Shown: positions 14,415-28,267 of the stretch, piece after piece
Position numbering within the stretch: the stretch's first letter is position 1
Layout of the letters: the number at the start of each line of letters is the position of its first letter
NCBI GenBank assembly: GCA_043228905.1
Contig: JBHGNT010000010.1
Span: 21,018,001 to 21,082,000 of the forward strand
DNA length: 64,000 nucleotides
Reading direction: 5' to 3'
DNA from: Azolla caroliniana
Lineage: Eukaryota; Plantae; Polypodiophyta
Position numbers and translations under genes: made by a program
The notes under the pieces: generated by a model
What the model saw: the letters and a program-made list of their open reading frames with translations, nothing else
The model's database searches: none
What the model was told of the DNA's origin: nothing

Positions 14415-17400
14415 TCATTGGATTAATGATGTCATCAAAACTTCTGGTCTAAGTTGTTGACATGCAGAACTCAATTCATTCGGCATGTTGACGTACGCAA
14501 CATCACCATGTGAAGGAAAACTAACCATGTTCTGCAAAAACTACAAGAATAAGGAGACTTGTAATTTATTTTAATATAAAAGCAATATGAAACCAAAATG
14601 GGCACATAGAAGTTAGGTGAACCACATACCTCATTAACAAAGGCACAATCCTTGTTCATAATCATGGAATCAATCCCAACTTGGTTTGCAGTTGCTAGTT
14701 TCATTGACAAGAACTAAAAATCATAGTAAAACTCAATGAATATTTGAATATTTCTAACTTGCTTAAACTAATTAAGTTATTAGTGATGAGTCTTCTTGAA
14801 TTGTTGTTGGCCCACATCATAAAAGTGTTTACAAAAACATAATCATTTGGCATGCATGATTATGGAAGTAAGAGCTAAAATAGTACATCTTCCATCCCAT
14901 ACTCAAAAATCTTGATGTGTGTTTTCTACATTTTTATCTTCAATGTTGAAGGGGCCAATTAACCAATCATTAAGGAAGGTGGGATGTCGAAATGTTTTAT
15001 TGTTAAGGGGAATTAATTTAGTTATCATTATGTATACGCAAAGATTTTTCATGCAAGATTGAATGCCTATAAATATGAAGCTTGTTACATGCAATTAGGT
15101 GAAAACAGTATGAGAATCTTAAAGTTGTCCCCCTAATAATAAACTCCTTGATGTGTTATCACTTAAAGAGTGTGAGGATTACCTCGACTTGTTTTTGTAG
15201 GGACTTGACATAGTTGATTATTTCATCGAGCATCATGGCTTTTCCCAAAACCTACACAAAATATTCTCATCAATTTATTATGTTCTATGTATGATTTCTC
15301 AAAGATTGATGTGTTTCAATAGGATATTGAAGTTATTTACAAAGAGGCGGAGAGAGTGTCAATCATAAAATGTAGGTGATTTTTTTATACATGACTATTA
15401 AATGCAGATAATGGGTGAATAGTGATAATTTAGTGTTATTCATGAAAACTCCACATATTATTAATGGGTTTTTAAATAGACATGAATGCCCAATATACAT
15501 ATGGTTTATATTAATGAGTCCTCTTTATTAAGAACCCAGCTAGATCCAAACTCGAAGTATTAATAATAAGACGTCGTAGCTTCTTATGTTACTTTGCCTC
15601 ATGAAAAGGAAATGAATTAGGTATGGAAAGGGAGGAAAGGAGCTTATAAGTTCCTATTTCTAGAAAGTCATTTTTGGATTGAATTTATATATGAATCATA
15701 TAAATTCAATACAAAAATGACTTTATTTTTGCCTCTCTTTATTTGGTTACACCATTTACTATAATAATAACAAGAAACAAATAGAAACATGTCGTTAGAG
15801 AGGTGATGTATCAACATATCACCTTTACTTCTAAATGGGGTCCAAAGTGTAACATATAGAAGGACCTAACACAAAATTGGTATCATACCTTGTGGCAGCC
15901 AGGGACAATTTCTTGAAGCACCTTCATTCGTTGACTAATCTTCTCTCGACGCACCTAAATAGTGAGAATTTATATATGAGCATGTCAAGCAAGTTGATGA
16001 TGGATGTTTCATGTATTTTACTTATAAACAAGGGATAAGTGATTCTCAAGCATAATTTTGGTTCTCTTTCTGGATATATCTATATATAAATCGTAATTGA
16101 AGAGACCTAGACCTATTAGAGAAGCAATTAACATGGCCATACATTTGATCATGCAGCAAATTTATCAATATGTTTTTACTATTTAAGCAACAAAAAACAA
16201 AACCCAAGCACACGTGCGTGATTTGTTTTCATAATGTATGTTCTCGCTCGTGGGACACCTCAAATTGATGTGAAAACCCACAAAAATATTGACGAGATGT
16301 CATATTAGAAACATTCACACACACATATATGTATCCACTTTATTTTAGCAACACACGGAAATGCACATAGATGCATCCATACATACACCTCTTAGCTAAA
16401 CCCTCATTACTTAAGAATTAGAGAGAGGGAGAATGAAATGAAGGCTATATAAAGAGAGAAATTTACCCTCTCAACCAAGCTATGGCTACAGCTAAACCAT
16501 CATTTCAGAATTAGAGAGAGGGAGAGTGAAAGGAAGGCTATAAAGAGAGAAAATTACCCTCTCAGCCAAGCTATGGCTATCTGTAGCTTGCCCACGACGA
16601 GCTCGAACATGAACAACATCAGGAGGTGTTTCCATAGCCTTAGGATTGCTATTTTGATCAGCTCGTGCTCGTTTTCTAGTATTAATATTGTTTTTTGGTT
16701 GTTGCATTGCATTTTTCCTATTATTCATTGTCATTTGTTGTTGTATGGATGATTGTTGATCCTCGTCCGATAGTTCTACACCATTGTTCTGTAATAGTAG
16801 AAAAAATGTTATGATGCTTTACCATGTGATAAGTTTATTTCACTTAGCCTACTAGGTTTAGTGGTATGCACAAAATGCATTTTACACTAATATTGATTTA
16901 TCGATACTCTAATTAATTAAAGGCTAGATTTGTAATTTGTGTCTCTAACAAAGTCATCAATGTCAGGCTCCAGATGTGTAATGTAGAAAACTATCAGTCT
17001 AAGCATTGTTGACATGTTAGTTAAGGTAGGGCAAGATCTTATTCATTATCACCATGACCAATATGGTCAAGAGGTTTATATCATATAGCTGCAGTTTAAA
17101 CATTTAGCAAACTAAAACTTTCTTCTCGATAAGAAATGCAACATAAAAGAAAGGGAAATACCCCAATGTGCCTTGGCTCACTACGAGAGTTTAAATACCT
17201 TATAAGATGGCATGTAATCCACCAATGTTTGGCAAACACAACCAATGTTATTTAGTGAGTGCCTTATGAACAAAGAATAAAACTCAATCGATCACTTCTA
17301 TGAAATCACTTAATTTAACTATGTATGTACAATTGCCTAGGTTCCAATCACAAGGCCTTTATACTGAGTCCATTAAACACCAAGAAATCCAGGCTATAAA

Positions 17401-18255
17401 GCAACTAATTATAATGAGTACATCATCATAATTTCCTACAATGTTCATAAATATGAACTTGTATAGGCGAGATAGCTAGGTGGAAATTGGGAGGGCAAGG
17501 GGTTGCTGACCATCTTCCTCCATAACATGCCAAAGGGTGTAGAAGAATCACCGATACAACCTGGAATCCACAATGTTCAAACATATGAACTTGTTTAGGC
17601 CTAGGCGAGCCATCGGTGGCCGGACTGGACCAATACATACCTAAAGCTTGTTTGTACATACATACATCCATACATACATACATGATGGAGTCTCCAAGAA
17701 AGGAATATGGGGATTTCTTCAAGTGACTGAGGCACTTAAGACACATCATTATTTATGATAAATCCACAAGACAAAACGGTTTTTGTAGACTTCTTTCTTC
17801 AGTTTTTATTTTTATTACTTTACCTTGAATGGCAGAGCTTTGGTGTCTGCTGCCCTGCTGCTGCTGTTACTGCTGCTGCTGCACAACTGCTGTTCGTGCT
17901 GTGGGAAGCTGGAGGACCTCAAGAGGCATGTGGATGCACTTCTGTGGCCTTCCACCAAAGACGACGACATTGCCCTCTGCACACTTCTCGTAGGATCCAC
18001 GACAGAGATTCGCCGCATCAGCTCCGCCTCCTCGCTGCCATAGCCACCATAGAAGTTGCCACTTATGCGGCCCTGGTTGGGTTTCATCAGCGATTCCACT
18101 AGGTCATAGTTCCCTGAAGTTCCCCATGCCTGATTAGGGTTAGAGTTAGGGTTGGGATATAGATTTGAGAATTCTTCAAATTGTGTCCAATCAGAAGCTA
18201 TTGTAGAGAATGGTGCAGATTTGGACACAGCTGCAGCAGCAGAGGAAGAAGCCAT
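14415..18255 (-). CDS. bHLH transcription factor, subfamily XII (CIB/BEE/HBI1-like); exons 18255-17824, 16788-16558, 15954-15889, 15251-15183, 14713-14630, 14531-14415
   Basis: Spliced translation DVVHVRARRGQATDSHSLAER|VRREKISQRMKVLQEIVPGCHK|VLGKAMMLDEIINYVKSLQKQVE|FLSMKLA is the hallmark of this subfamily. All introns are GT-AG, phase 0. The last exon is less certain. Confidence 0.93.
16397..16580. repeat. About 95-bp tandem duplication spanning the bHLH exon 2 donor site
   Basis: agaattagagagagggag..gaaggcta..aaagagagaaa.ttaccctctca.ccaagctatggcta occurs twice. Confidence 0.85.
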
Positions 18256-18714
18256 TGCTGAGAAACAGTTCTTTGGTTTATAAATTTTATGAAGGGGAAT
18301 CCAGTTTTCTTTATTTAATCAAAAGAAGGAGGACCTCTCTATTTTTGTTTACAAGATTGAGAACCATGAGTCAACTAATTGATGGCTTAATAACACTGCG
18401 AGAATTGTTTTGAGAGTAATTGTGAATCAACACGACTAATCGTTTAGAAGGAGATGAAGAAGAGCAAATGTTAGCCAAAATGAAGGTGAGGTGGAGGGAA
18501 ATTTACAAGATGAGCAATTACAGATTGGCGAACCATGGACACAAGAAAGGATCCATGCCTTGCATATATATCATGTGAATAGGTTAAGTAAAATGCAAAA
18601 TCCAAATATTCATCATCATATAGCTAGCCCACTAGATTATAAAAGGTCATATGGATAAGAGGACTCCAACTAATGAGGATTGGTATGTTGTCTATCTAGT
18701 TGGTTAATGTTCAT

Positions 18715-18716
<2 letters not shown>

Positions 18717-18772
<56 letters not shown>

Positions 18773-18826
18773 TAAGGCTATAACGTAATCCTTCTTTTCT
18801 TAGACCTTAGACCTTGGAATATGAGG

Positions 18827-18860
<34 letters not shown>
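18717..18860. repeat. (TC)n and (AG)n microsatellites upstream of the bHLH gene
   Basis: Direct inspection. Confidence 0.9.
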
Positions 18861-18865
<5 letters not shown>

Positions 18866-20949
18866 GGTTTCCTCCTATCTATGTTGTATGTGCTTAGTAC
18901 CCACCTTTATATTAAGGAGAAAAAAGAGTGTATGTACATGAAATCTATAGTAATGCTCCTACCACTCCCATATACTTATCTACAACCTCAAAAAACATTT
19001 TGTCCTCCCTCCATATGAGGACTGCTTCACACGCGCGCGCGCACACACACCCTCTCTCTCTAGCGGGTATTGAATACCCATCACTTGTATATATTACCAA
19101 TTGTACCCATCACATAGATCTCATTCTAGATTCAACCCACTCTTTTTCATGCATATATCCATCTATATCTATATGTTAGACAATGTATCCATTCCATCTT
19201 TCTCATTCGTATTCATGCCTAGATCCAATGATACAATCCATTCATCGATTTATACATCATACTACAAGAATATTCGTTAACTCATAGATCCAACGATACA
19301 TTCATCGATAGATTCATGATATTGCCAAGGATATTTGGCGTTATGTATACATCAGTTCTTGATCTAAACATCATATATATTTCAACTATTCATTGATAAA
19401 TGTTTTTTGTATAGTAAGCAGCACATCATCCATATATCCAATGATACATTCACTGATACACTCAACAATGTTCATCGATTATACATCATCCTAGAAGAAT
19501 ATTTACCAATATTTGTAATGCATCAACATTACTATTTTCACCTTTATTCTTTTAATATTGTGAGGCTATCTTTACATCATACATATCTCAAACTATTCAT
19601 CAATAAATGTTATGCATGGTACTGCTCCCATTTGTTTGAGGATGATTTCTACCTCGCTCTAATAATTTGTTAAGTCATTTTTAAACTAGCAATAATATGT
19701 TTTGATTGTATTGTCTACATCTAATGAGCTATTTAATTGTTATCTTTGATTGTCACTGGTTTGAATAATGAAGTTTATATTTATACACTCTACTTTACTT
19801 ATTTATTTTGGGTTTTTGCATTTTTTAATATTCTCAATCCTACATGTGAGGATGTGTCATCCCTTTACCTATTGGATCCCAATAATTTTCAGAGTTGCTT
19901 TTTCCTTGAATTCGTCTTTTATCTTTTTCATCTTCTTGGCTCAGTTTTCTATTCATTCTTGATACTGTGACCTCATTTCCTTCAACAAAAACTAGCTCTC
20001 ATTACTAGTTGGTATTCGTCCCAATCCCTTGCCAATTTGATATTTTATAAGGAAAAAATGGTTGCTCTTAGACGGTGACTATACAAACTTAGGGCAACCT
20101 TTGGATCCATCTAGGGTATTTTGTTTTAGAAAAAAAAAAAACCTTTGGATCCATCTTCTTACAATTTGACATTTGGATTGATCCTTTAAAAAGTGACAAC
20201 CTTGATAGAAGTAAAGAAGGTATAATACACTCTCTCAAAAAATCGCACAAGAATTTGATATAAGTGATGTGCACAACAAAATATATAACGTAAGAACTTA
20301 GTATTTACACATGGCTTTCACGTGGGTACCTTACCATTACAATACATTAAGAGGAATATGCAAATATTAAGCCTAACCCAAAGAGTTTCAGTTTTGGAAC
20401 TTGGAAAAAGTAGTATTTGACATTTACACACTTCATTTATATGATCAGGTGATTAAATGTGATATTAAGTTTGGAAACACAAACATTAATATCTTTTGAG
20501 ACCCCACTATACAATAAGAACTTGAACTTGTCCCATTGTCCTTATCATCAATCAAAACCTCCTTTAATAATTGAACTTATGTGATTAACCCTTGAAAACC
20601 TTGATTAATAAGAACCATAGATCATTATATTCATAAAGCTTGGCAATGCACAACTTGCTAACAAAGCACTGTACATGTTTCTTACCGATGCTACCGTCAA
20701 GATCACATAAAGATATCAATGTAAACTAAATATGTGTGTCCATACTCTCATGTCAAGTGATCTACTTTTAGACCAATATTAAATGATACTCTATGTGGTG
20801 ATGGTTCCTTTTTAGCACATATTGAGCATGCATGCATTCAAATTGCTCTACAACTAGATATAAAATGGTTCTTTAAGATAAAAACATTGACCGCATTAGA
20901 TAAGAGAAAGTTGGGAACATTCATCTAGACCATGACTACGGATGATTCA

Positions 20950-21420
20950 TGGGACATAAGTGTGTCATGTGGATGTTGGAATGTAAAAGTAAAACACAAT
21001 GCGAAATAACCATTGTCTTATTAATGACATATGGAAATCTTCTATTTCCTATGTGCTCAATGTTATCAATCAAGTGGAGTATTGTAGGTAGTGAGTGCTT
21101 TGCCTTCATATTCAACATAACAGTTCTCATTCTAGAATCTCGATATAGGTGTCATCACTGAAAGGATAAAAATTGTTGTATTGCTATATTTGCCAATATA
21201 TCCGGGCTTCATACTATTCAGTTACATGATGCATTAATACTACCTATTATTCATTCAAGCTTGCGCTAAACCTTGACCTATTACATCTCATTGATCTTGC
21301 ATAAGAAGTTGTTATTTTTGTATGATGAAAATACATCCTAAGCCATTCCTTGCATTTGGAAGTATTAATAGTTCCAAATACAAATCTCATTCCTTCAAGT
21401 GGCCAACATTTATAAGGCAT
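20950..21420 (-). mobile_element. Possible decayed LINE 3' fragment
   Basis: Weak SSH.L..E.GR / E.H.L-like remnants on the minus strand; heavily mutated. Confidence 0.3.
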
Positions 21421-22140
21421 AGCTTCATGATTAAGTTAAACAAAACACTATCATAGACAATTTATTTGATAGAGTTAAAGTATTCATTTAGTACTATGCA
21501 CATTTTCAACTTTTCTTATTTAAATCATGGAGCCCAATTTTCTATAAAGACGACTTTCCTTAAACAGCCATAAGAAACAACACTATTTTGTTTCATTTGA
21601 ACTTCGAAACCTTCATTTTTCAATTCAAAGTAAATGCATCAACACAATAAATTTTATAAAATGAAGGAACTATGGTTTACAGACTCTAGGCTAGGGGACA
21701 TCTATTCTGCACACCACAAATACACCTGAGTAACTTGTAGCTCTACTCTATGAGCATTGGAGCTCTAAGTCCATCTTGTAATAATACCATTAGTTGGCTG
21801 GTGAGATTCCAAGCCTCGATCCATGGACATTGGGGTTCCACATTTGCTTGTACCCCACACCTAACATCTGTAAGTATTGCATATAAGCTTGGTTTTGTAT
21901 ATCGAGACATGTGAAGTAAGACGTACTAAGAGGGTAGACAACTCTTTCGACCTATAAGCACAGGAGTTTCCACCGATTTGAAGACATGGAATGACCAAGG
22001 AGGGTACCGAGGAGATACGCAAGATTTGAGGAAGCAAAGAAAGGGAATCAATTGCAAAACGTTAAAAAAAATCCTCTAATGCTAACGTACATAGATGCGT
22101 ACTACCTGCAAGGGACATGGTGCCTACCTATTATCGTTGC

Positions 22141-22160
22141 TGCTACTACTATTGCTACTG

Positions 22161-22217
<57 letters not shown>
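22141..22217. repeat. (ACT)n microsatellite
   Basis: Direct inspection. Confidence 0.95.
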
Positions 22218-23162
22218 TGAGAGATGTGAAGTGCACCAATGACGCACAATAGGTACACATGTGGATAAGGAACTTTGAAAATTTGTTCATACTAGGTGAA
22301 GTTGGAATGAGTTACACTTCTTTAAAAGATTTGTCCAAATGCAAGGGTATGTGGTTAATAAAATAATAAAATAATAATGAAAGCAAGAGGAAAAATATAA
22401 TGAATGTTTTAGGCATAACTGAATAAATATAAATATATACTATGTACATTTTCTAGGCATGGTGATGGATGTATATAGTATGCACAACCATACATACGTG
22501 CGTACCATACATCCTTATGTGCTGCATGCGTGCATGCATACATGATACAATATATGATGGATATGCGGCAGGTGATATATACGTAAGGGTTAGTAACTTC
22601 AACTTAGTTGCACGCTGCTATGCATGCATAAATATGTTCCACATACATATATAGAAAAGGTGTATTAATTGTAAATACATGCTGAAATAGATGCATGTGG
22701 CGAAGACAATATTAGACATGAAAACATATGGGCCCATGGTACCATGTGTGCCATGTCGGCTATGATCATGATGATATGTTGTCGGGAATGTGTGGGTGCG
22801 CCATGCAAAGTGATGGCGTCATGCATGCATCTCATGGGCGCCCACCCATAACCTAAATATAAATGAAGCATATGGGATATGAGCCAGAATTCACGTGTGA
22901 TCCAATGTGATTGGTCCTCCTCATTTTAGAGAAGGAGAAACTATTTGCTCTAAAAATAACAGCAAAACAAATGAATGACAAGATGGACCCTCCACGAGGA
23001 GGGAGCATGACCATGCATATATCATCATCTATCTATGTGTATATATAATGGGAACGATGATGAATGTATGTATCGTTATGGGGGACATAGTTGATAGTGA
23101 CGGCCTAAATATAGAGTCTAGACTATAGGTTGGGAAATTAGTATTGACTAGTCTTCTTCCCT

Positions 23163-23196
23163 CCCCCCCCCCCCCCCCCCCCCCCTCTCTAGTCTC

Positions 23197-23245
<49 letters not shown>
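23163..23245. repeat. Poly-C plus (AC)n microsatellite
   Basis: Direct inspection. Confidence 0.95.
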
Positions 23246-23247
<2 letters not shown>

Positions 23248-25715
23248 ATCAAATCCTTGATCCTTCCCTTCACAATGTCCCCACCAACATGGGATTTCCA
23301 AAGATGGTATTGGTTATAAATTATAATTATCATCCGTGTTCCCATTCCCTCCCACCAAATAAAAATCTCAACTACCTCCATTATTAGATGTCTTGCTTTG
23401 CTCTTGCTCATAAGATTCGTGGTGATCTGTCCAATGACTCTCTTGGACCACTTTCGCTCATTTTTAGCTTTCACTCAAGGACATTGGCATTACAAAATGT
23501 CTCGTTTAGATTAGAACCAAGGAAAATGAGTTATGCTACTTATTTAGGATGAACTTCTCTTAATGTATGAACTTGCTATGTTTGATCGTCATGTTCATTG
23601 GCTCTCATTATTCATAGGTCATTTCACCTTCTTTTCACGATGCTAATATCATATTTCTTTACGCATTTTTCTGCATCTTTTATTCATCCTCCCTTCGAAA
23701 TTTCTCACTTCATTGCACTAATTTGAATATGACACGGTTACATAAGAATTTGCAAGTCATAAGAATTAACTCAAACACGATCAAAATGGTTAGTTTTGTA
23801 AACTATGTCCAATGGCTTTACAATGTTGCAATATCAACTTTTTCTTTATATAGAATCAACTTCCTATAATTGCACGGTTAGAAGTAAAAAAAAACTCGAA
23901 AGACACACACAAGCAAATATTGTATTTTGAATGAATGTAAGATTATGAGAAATCGTTTGGAAGATGGGATGCATTGTACTTGCTTCATGATGCTTCAATA
24001 GATTCCTTGATGAATGCAAGATTTTTGCAATGCCAATGCGTCACAACATGGAAGAAATGTGGATGCTCATGATTCACACATTATGTTACATATGTTGCAC
24101 CAAATTATGAAACAATGTTCTTCTCCAAATAAGCAAGTAATTGCACTCACACATACATGCTAAAGCTAAGCAAATAGGTTGCATGCTAATTGGCATCTTT
24201 GCTTCAATAAGATAGTTTTATATATCCCCTTGGTGCTTGTATCCGTCTTATATAGTCTAATATAGAAATTATATGGTTCATGGCATATTCTTTGGTCATT
24301 TTCATGGGAACATCTCTTCATTATTTTTGTAGTGACATTACATCAAATGCTTTGTGAAAGTATATAGAACAACATACTTTAATTATCTTTTGTGCATAGG
24401 CTTTGTCTATAGTTGTTCTTGGTGAGAAATAGTGTGTGGTGTCCTAAATCCAACTTGTCTTGGAGATCTCATTCCTTGTTCCTTCACATATTCACTCAAA
24501 GTCATGGTCCAATATAGATTGTATATTTTGGCCAAATTATGCCTAACCAAGGTAGCTCTACGGTTACCAGGGAGCATGGTTGTAAAAATGTAAGGCTATC
24601 AAACCACCATGATCCCCAGTTGCTTCATTCTGTAGTTTCCAAATGACATGTTTTATATTCTCTTGATGAAAAGCTATTGGGATTGAGTAATCTATATCTA
24701 TAAAGTAATATTCAACATAGAACCCTCACAATTATTTTTGTTTATATAACATTGGTATTCATTTTTACAATGAAATTGATGGTTGATTGTCTATTCCAAG
24801 TTGACCGTAAGGACATGACTTTAATCTCATAAGATAAAACAATGTACACATATCACAATCATCACAATGAATTACCGTGGTTTTATTAATTTTGTACTTG
24901 ATGGCCAATCGATTGTGAAGTGTTGAGGGTAAAATCCTAGCAAACTAAAATGTCCCAACTACGTCCCCTTAGGAAAGCATACGTTGGAGTCAAACTTAAG
25001 CTATGTTTGTACTTGTGGCATTTACATTTTGGGGATGCAACACTCACTTTTGACTTGACATCTAGAGTCTATACTTATGCAATTCATCTTTTGTGTGACA
25101 AGAACTATTTTTCGTTAAGAAATACTTTTTTTACACAAATGCTTAGAATGTCGGTCTCTCGCCAAACACAAGGTGCTTGTCACTTGATGGAAAACAAAAG
25201 CTAGACAAATATATGAGTTATTTTCCTATCAATATACACCCAAAACTATTATTTGGAGAATATGGGCATAGTTTGCCACAAGAGAGGTATAAACATATTG
25301 AGGATAAATATATGTGTTACATTTCTCAAAAGCCATGCAACTCTTTGCATTTGAGTTCTTGCTTAGTGGCCCAACATGTTCCTTTATAGAAGACTTATGA
25401 CCTTTGATTGAATTTACATCTTCCATTTGATTGTGCATATTTGAATTCCAAATACTAGAAGCATTTAAAATGACCCTTAAATTTTAATGAAAATATTCAC
25501 TAAAGCATTAGAGAGACATTTTGATTGTGATGACAATATTTATTTGAGGTTTTCGAATATGAATTTCAATTCTAATGATGGTATTCACTTGAAGACTTTA
25601 CATTTTCAATATGAAAATAAATAACATAATTGAAGCTCACAAAACATTATTGAAATAAATAAAGGATAGTCATCTTTTGTAGTCACATTAATAAGTTAAA
25701 TATGGACTCACTTCA

Positions 25716-26628
25716 AAAAGAGAGGAGAACATAAAAGTGTTAGACCAACAAAGTTCATCATAGAGGAGAAAAATTTGGGTCTATGCCACAAAATGAAGAA
25801 GATAGATAGATATCATAGACATGCCAATATTGACCCATAATTCTTGATTACATGATTTTTCTTGATATGTGTATCTTTCTTAAGAAGGGATGTTCATACT
25901 CAAAGGACAAACTCTTGATGTGTGAATACGGAGAAAAAAAAAAAGAGAAGGGGGAAGACGAGAAGGTAAGGAAATAAAGGGAAAGGAAAACGAGACAAAG
26001 AGGGAACAAAAGAAATTGATGCTTGCCACGTTTGTTAAAAATGTGCTGTCTTAAAAAAGAGAGTTGAACATAAAGTGTTAGACCAACAAAGTTCATCATA
26101 GAGGAGAAAAATTTGGGTCTATGCCACAAAATGAAGAGGATAGATAGATATCATAGAGAGGCCAATATTGACCGATAGTTCTTGATTACATGAATTTTCT
26201 TGATATGTGTATCTGTCTTACGAAGGGACGTTCATACTCAAAGGACAAACTCTTGATGTGTGAATACGGAGAAAAAGAGGGGGGGGGGGAGACAAGAAGG
26301 TAAGGAAATAAAGGGAAAGGAAAACGAGACAAAGAGAGAACAAAAGAAATTGACACATGCTAAGTTCCAATTCCACCAAACAAAAGAAGCTGGAATTAGA
26401 ACATAGCCGGCGTCAATTTCTTTTGTTCTCTCTTTGTCTCGTTTTCCTTTCCCTTTATTTCCTTACCTTCTTGTCTTCCCGCTCGTCTCTCTTTTTCTCC
26501 GTATTCACACATCAAGAGTTTGTCCTTCGTAAGAAAAATACACATATCAAGAAAATTCATGTAATCAAGAACTATGGATTAATATTGGCCTCTCTATGGA
26601 TGCCATAAAAATATCTATCTATCCTCTC
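25716..26628. repeat. Direct duplication (about 25716-26030 and 26055-26355) followed by an inverted copy (about 26412-26628) forming a long foldback
   Basis: gaacataaa.gtgttagaccaacaaagttcatcatagaggagaaaaatttgggtctatgccac occurs twice. gacaaagagagaacaaaagaaattgac is reverse-complemented at 26412 onward. Confidence 0.9.
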
Positions 26629-26699
26629 CATACATAGTCTAAGCTCTCTCTCTCTCTCTCTCTCTTATCCTAGTGGTAAGTTGTTAGACTACTAGCTCT

Positions 26700-26810
26700 A
26701 GGTCTTGACCCTAAGACCCAATTATCTCACCTCCCTATTACACCATACATATCCTCTTAATTTACTAGATGCCACTGTGGAATGTAGGGGTTGAACCCAT
26801 GAGCTCCTCT
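26700..26810 (-). mobile_element. 5'-truncated tRNA-derived SINE-like copy
   Basis: Reverse complement catgggttcaacccctacattccacagtggcatctagt..aattaagag.atatgtat matches 54276-54340; flanked by (TC)n. Confidence 0.55.
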
Positions 26811-27108
26811 CTCTCTATCTCATACATGCCACTTTCGTTTATGCTCCCATTGTGCTTCAATCTTGCTTTGATTTAATCATATACTGGTTTATCTTGATTA
26901 TGCACTATGACTCTAGCTAATCTTGTTTCCAACGATCATACTTGTCCTTAATTTTTTGTGGGCTAATTGAATGAAAAAATGTATCTTAAAACCCTACCAT
27001 TGGTACCATGATATGACTAATATTGTTTTCAAGATAGTAGAAGCAATTCATGTAAATGACGAAAAATTTGTTTTCGAGTTTCACCCAATCAAATATGTAC
27101 ATCTCCCA

Positions 27109-27723
27109 TCGCCAAAAATTTAAAATCATGTATCTTAAACCCTTAGTGTCGGTATCATGGTGCTTCAAACACCTCATGGGAATAAACAAGACAACCCGTG
27201 TAGTAGTGTGAGCAAGCATCCGAAGTGAACCTAGGCTTGGCTTAGTCACTAGAGAGAGGCATACCATAAATTTCAAAACTCTTGATGCTTTCATCAATCG
27301 CCAAAATTTTAAAATCATGTATCTTAAACCCTTAGTGTCGGTATCATGATATGGTTTGATATAGCCCTCCAAGTGCCTCAAACACCTCATGGGAATGAAC
27401 AAGACGACCCATGTAGTAGTGTGCGCAAGCGTCATAAGTGAACCTAGGCTTGTCTTAGTCAATAGAGGGAGGCATACCATAAATTTCAAAACTCTTGATG
27501 CTTTTATCAATCGCCACAATTTTAAAATAATGTATCTTAAACCCTTAGTGTCGGTATCATGATATGGTTTGATATAGCTCTCCAAGTGCCTCAAACACCT
27601 CATGGGAATGAACAAGACAACCCATGTAATAGCGTGAGCCAGACTCCCAAGTGAACATAGGGTTGGCCTAGTCACTAAAGAGAGGCAAAACATGTATTTC
27701 AAAACTCTTGATGCTTTTATCAA
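27109..27723. repeat. About 213-bp tandem repeat, 3 copies (first with an internal deletion)
   Basis: tgtatcttaaacccttagtgtcggtatcatg recurs at about 27129, 27318 and 27531; tttcaaaactcttgatgctt recurs in each unit. Confidence 0.92.
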
Positions 27724-28267
27724 TGGGCACAAAGTACAGTATGTATCAAAACATGGTTTGTAATTTATGACGTAATAAAAGAGGGCATACATTAGTCGGT
27801 TCCTTGAGATTATTTCAAAATGTTTTAGGAAGCGTCAAGCATGCGTTTCTAGTCTCCAAGAAATGAACAAGCAAATAATATGAAATAATTGGCGTATATA
27901 ACCTTTTTCACGTTTGAACTGAATCCCATTCACTTTCACTTCGCCGGTCATCATTCTCAGAAATATCTCTCTCCTGTCAGAGACCAGTATTGTCCTCCGA
28001 CCTCACCTTCCCATCGCTGGAAAATATACATTTGCTGGTATCCCTGCCACTTCACCTCCCAGGAGCGCAGTGATGGTTAAGCCAGACCATTGACGCAGCT
28101 TATTCTTCTGCAGAAGACCTGAAACCAGTCCTTTATCTCCAGAAGGACCTCGTGAGACTGCTAATATCTGCTAATTAAGCATATCAACTCTGCCGGTTCG
28201 ACTTCAGAAGGATTTGGTTCTATTCCTTGTAGAGCGCTGCGCTACTACCTTCTCTCCATTGCTCCCC

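Noticed and set aside
15648-15668. aagttcctatttctagaaagt resembling a yeast FRT half-site plus spacer
   Set aside because: One-base deletion and no second arm; chance similarity.
19140-19620. Degenerate short repeats (catcgatttatacatcat)
   Set aside because: Low-complexity decayed tandem repeat with no coding or splice pattern.
26986-27792. 268-aa minus-strand ORF with internal repeats
   Set aside because: Arises from the 213-bp (multiple of 3) tandem repeat; no recognisable domain or gene structure.
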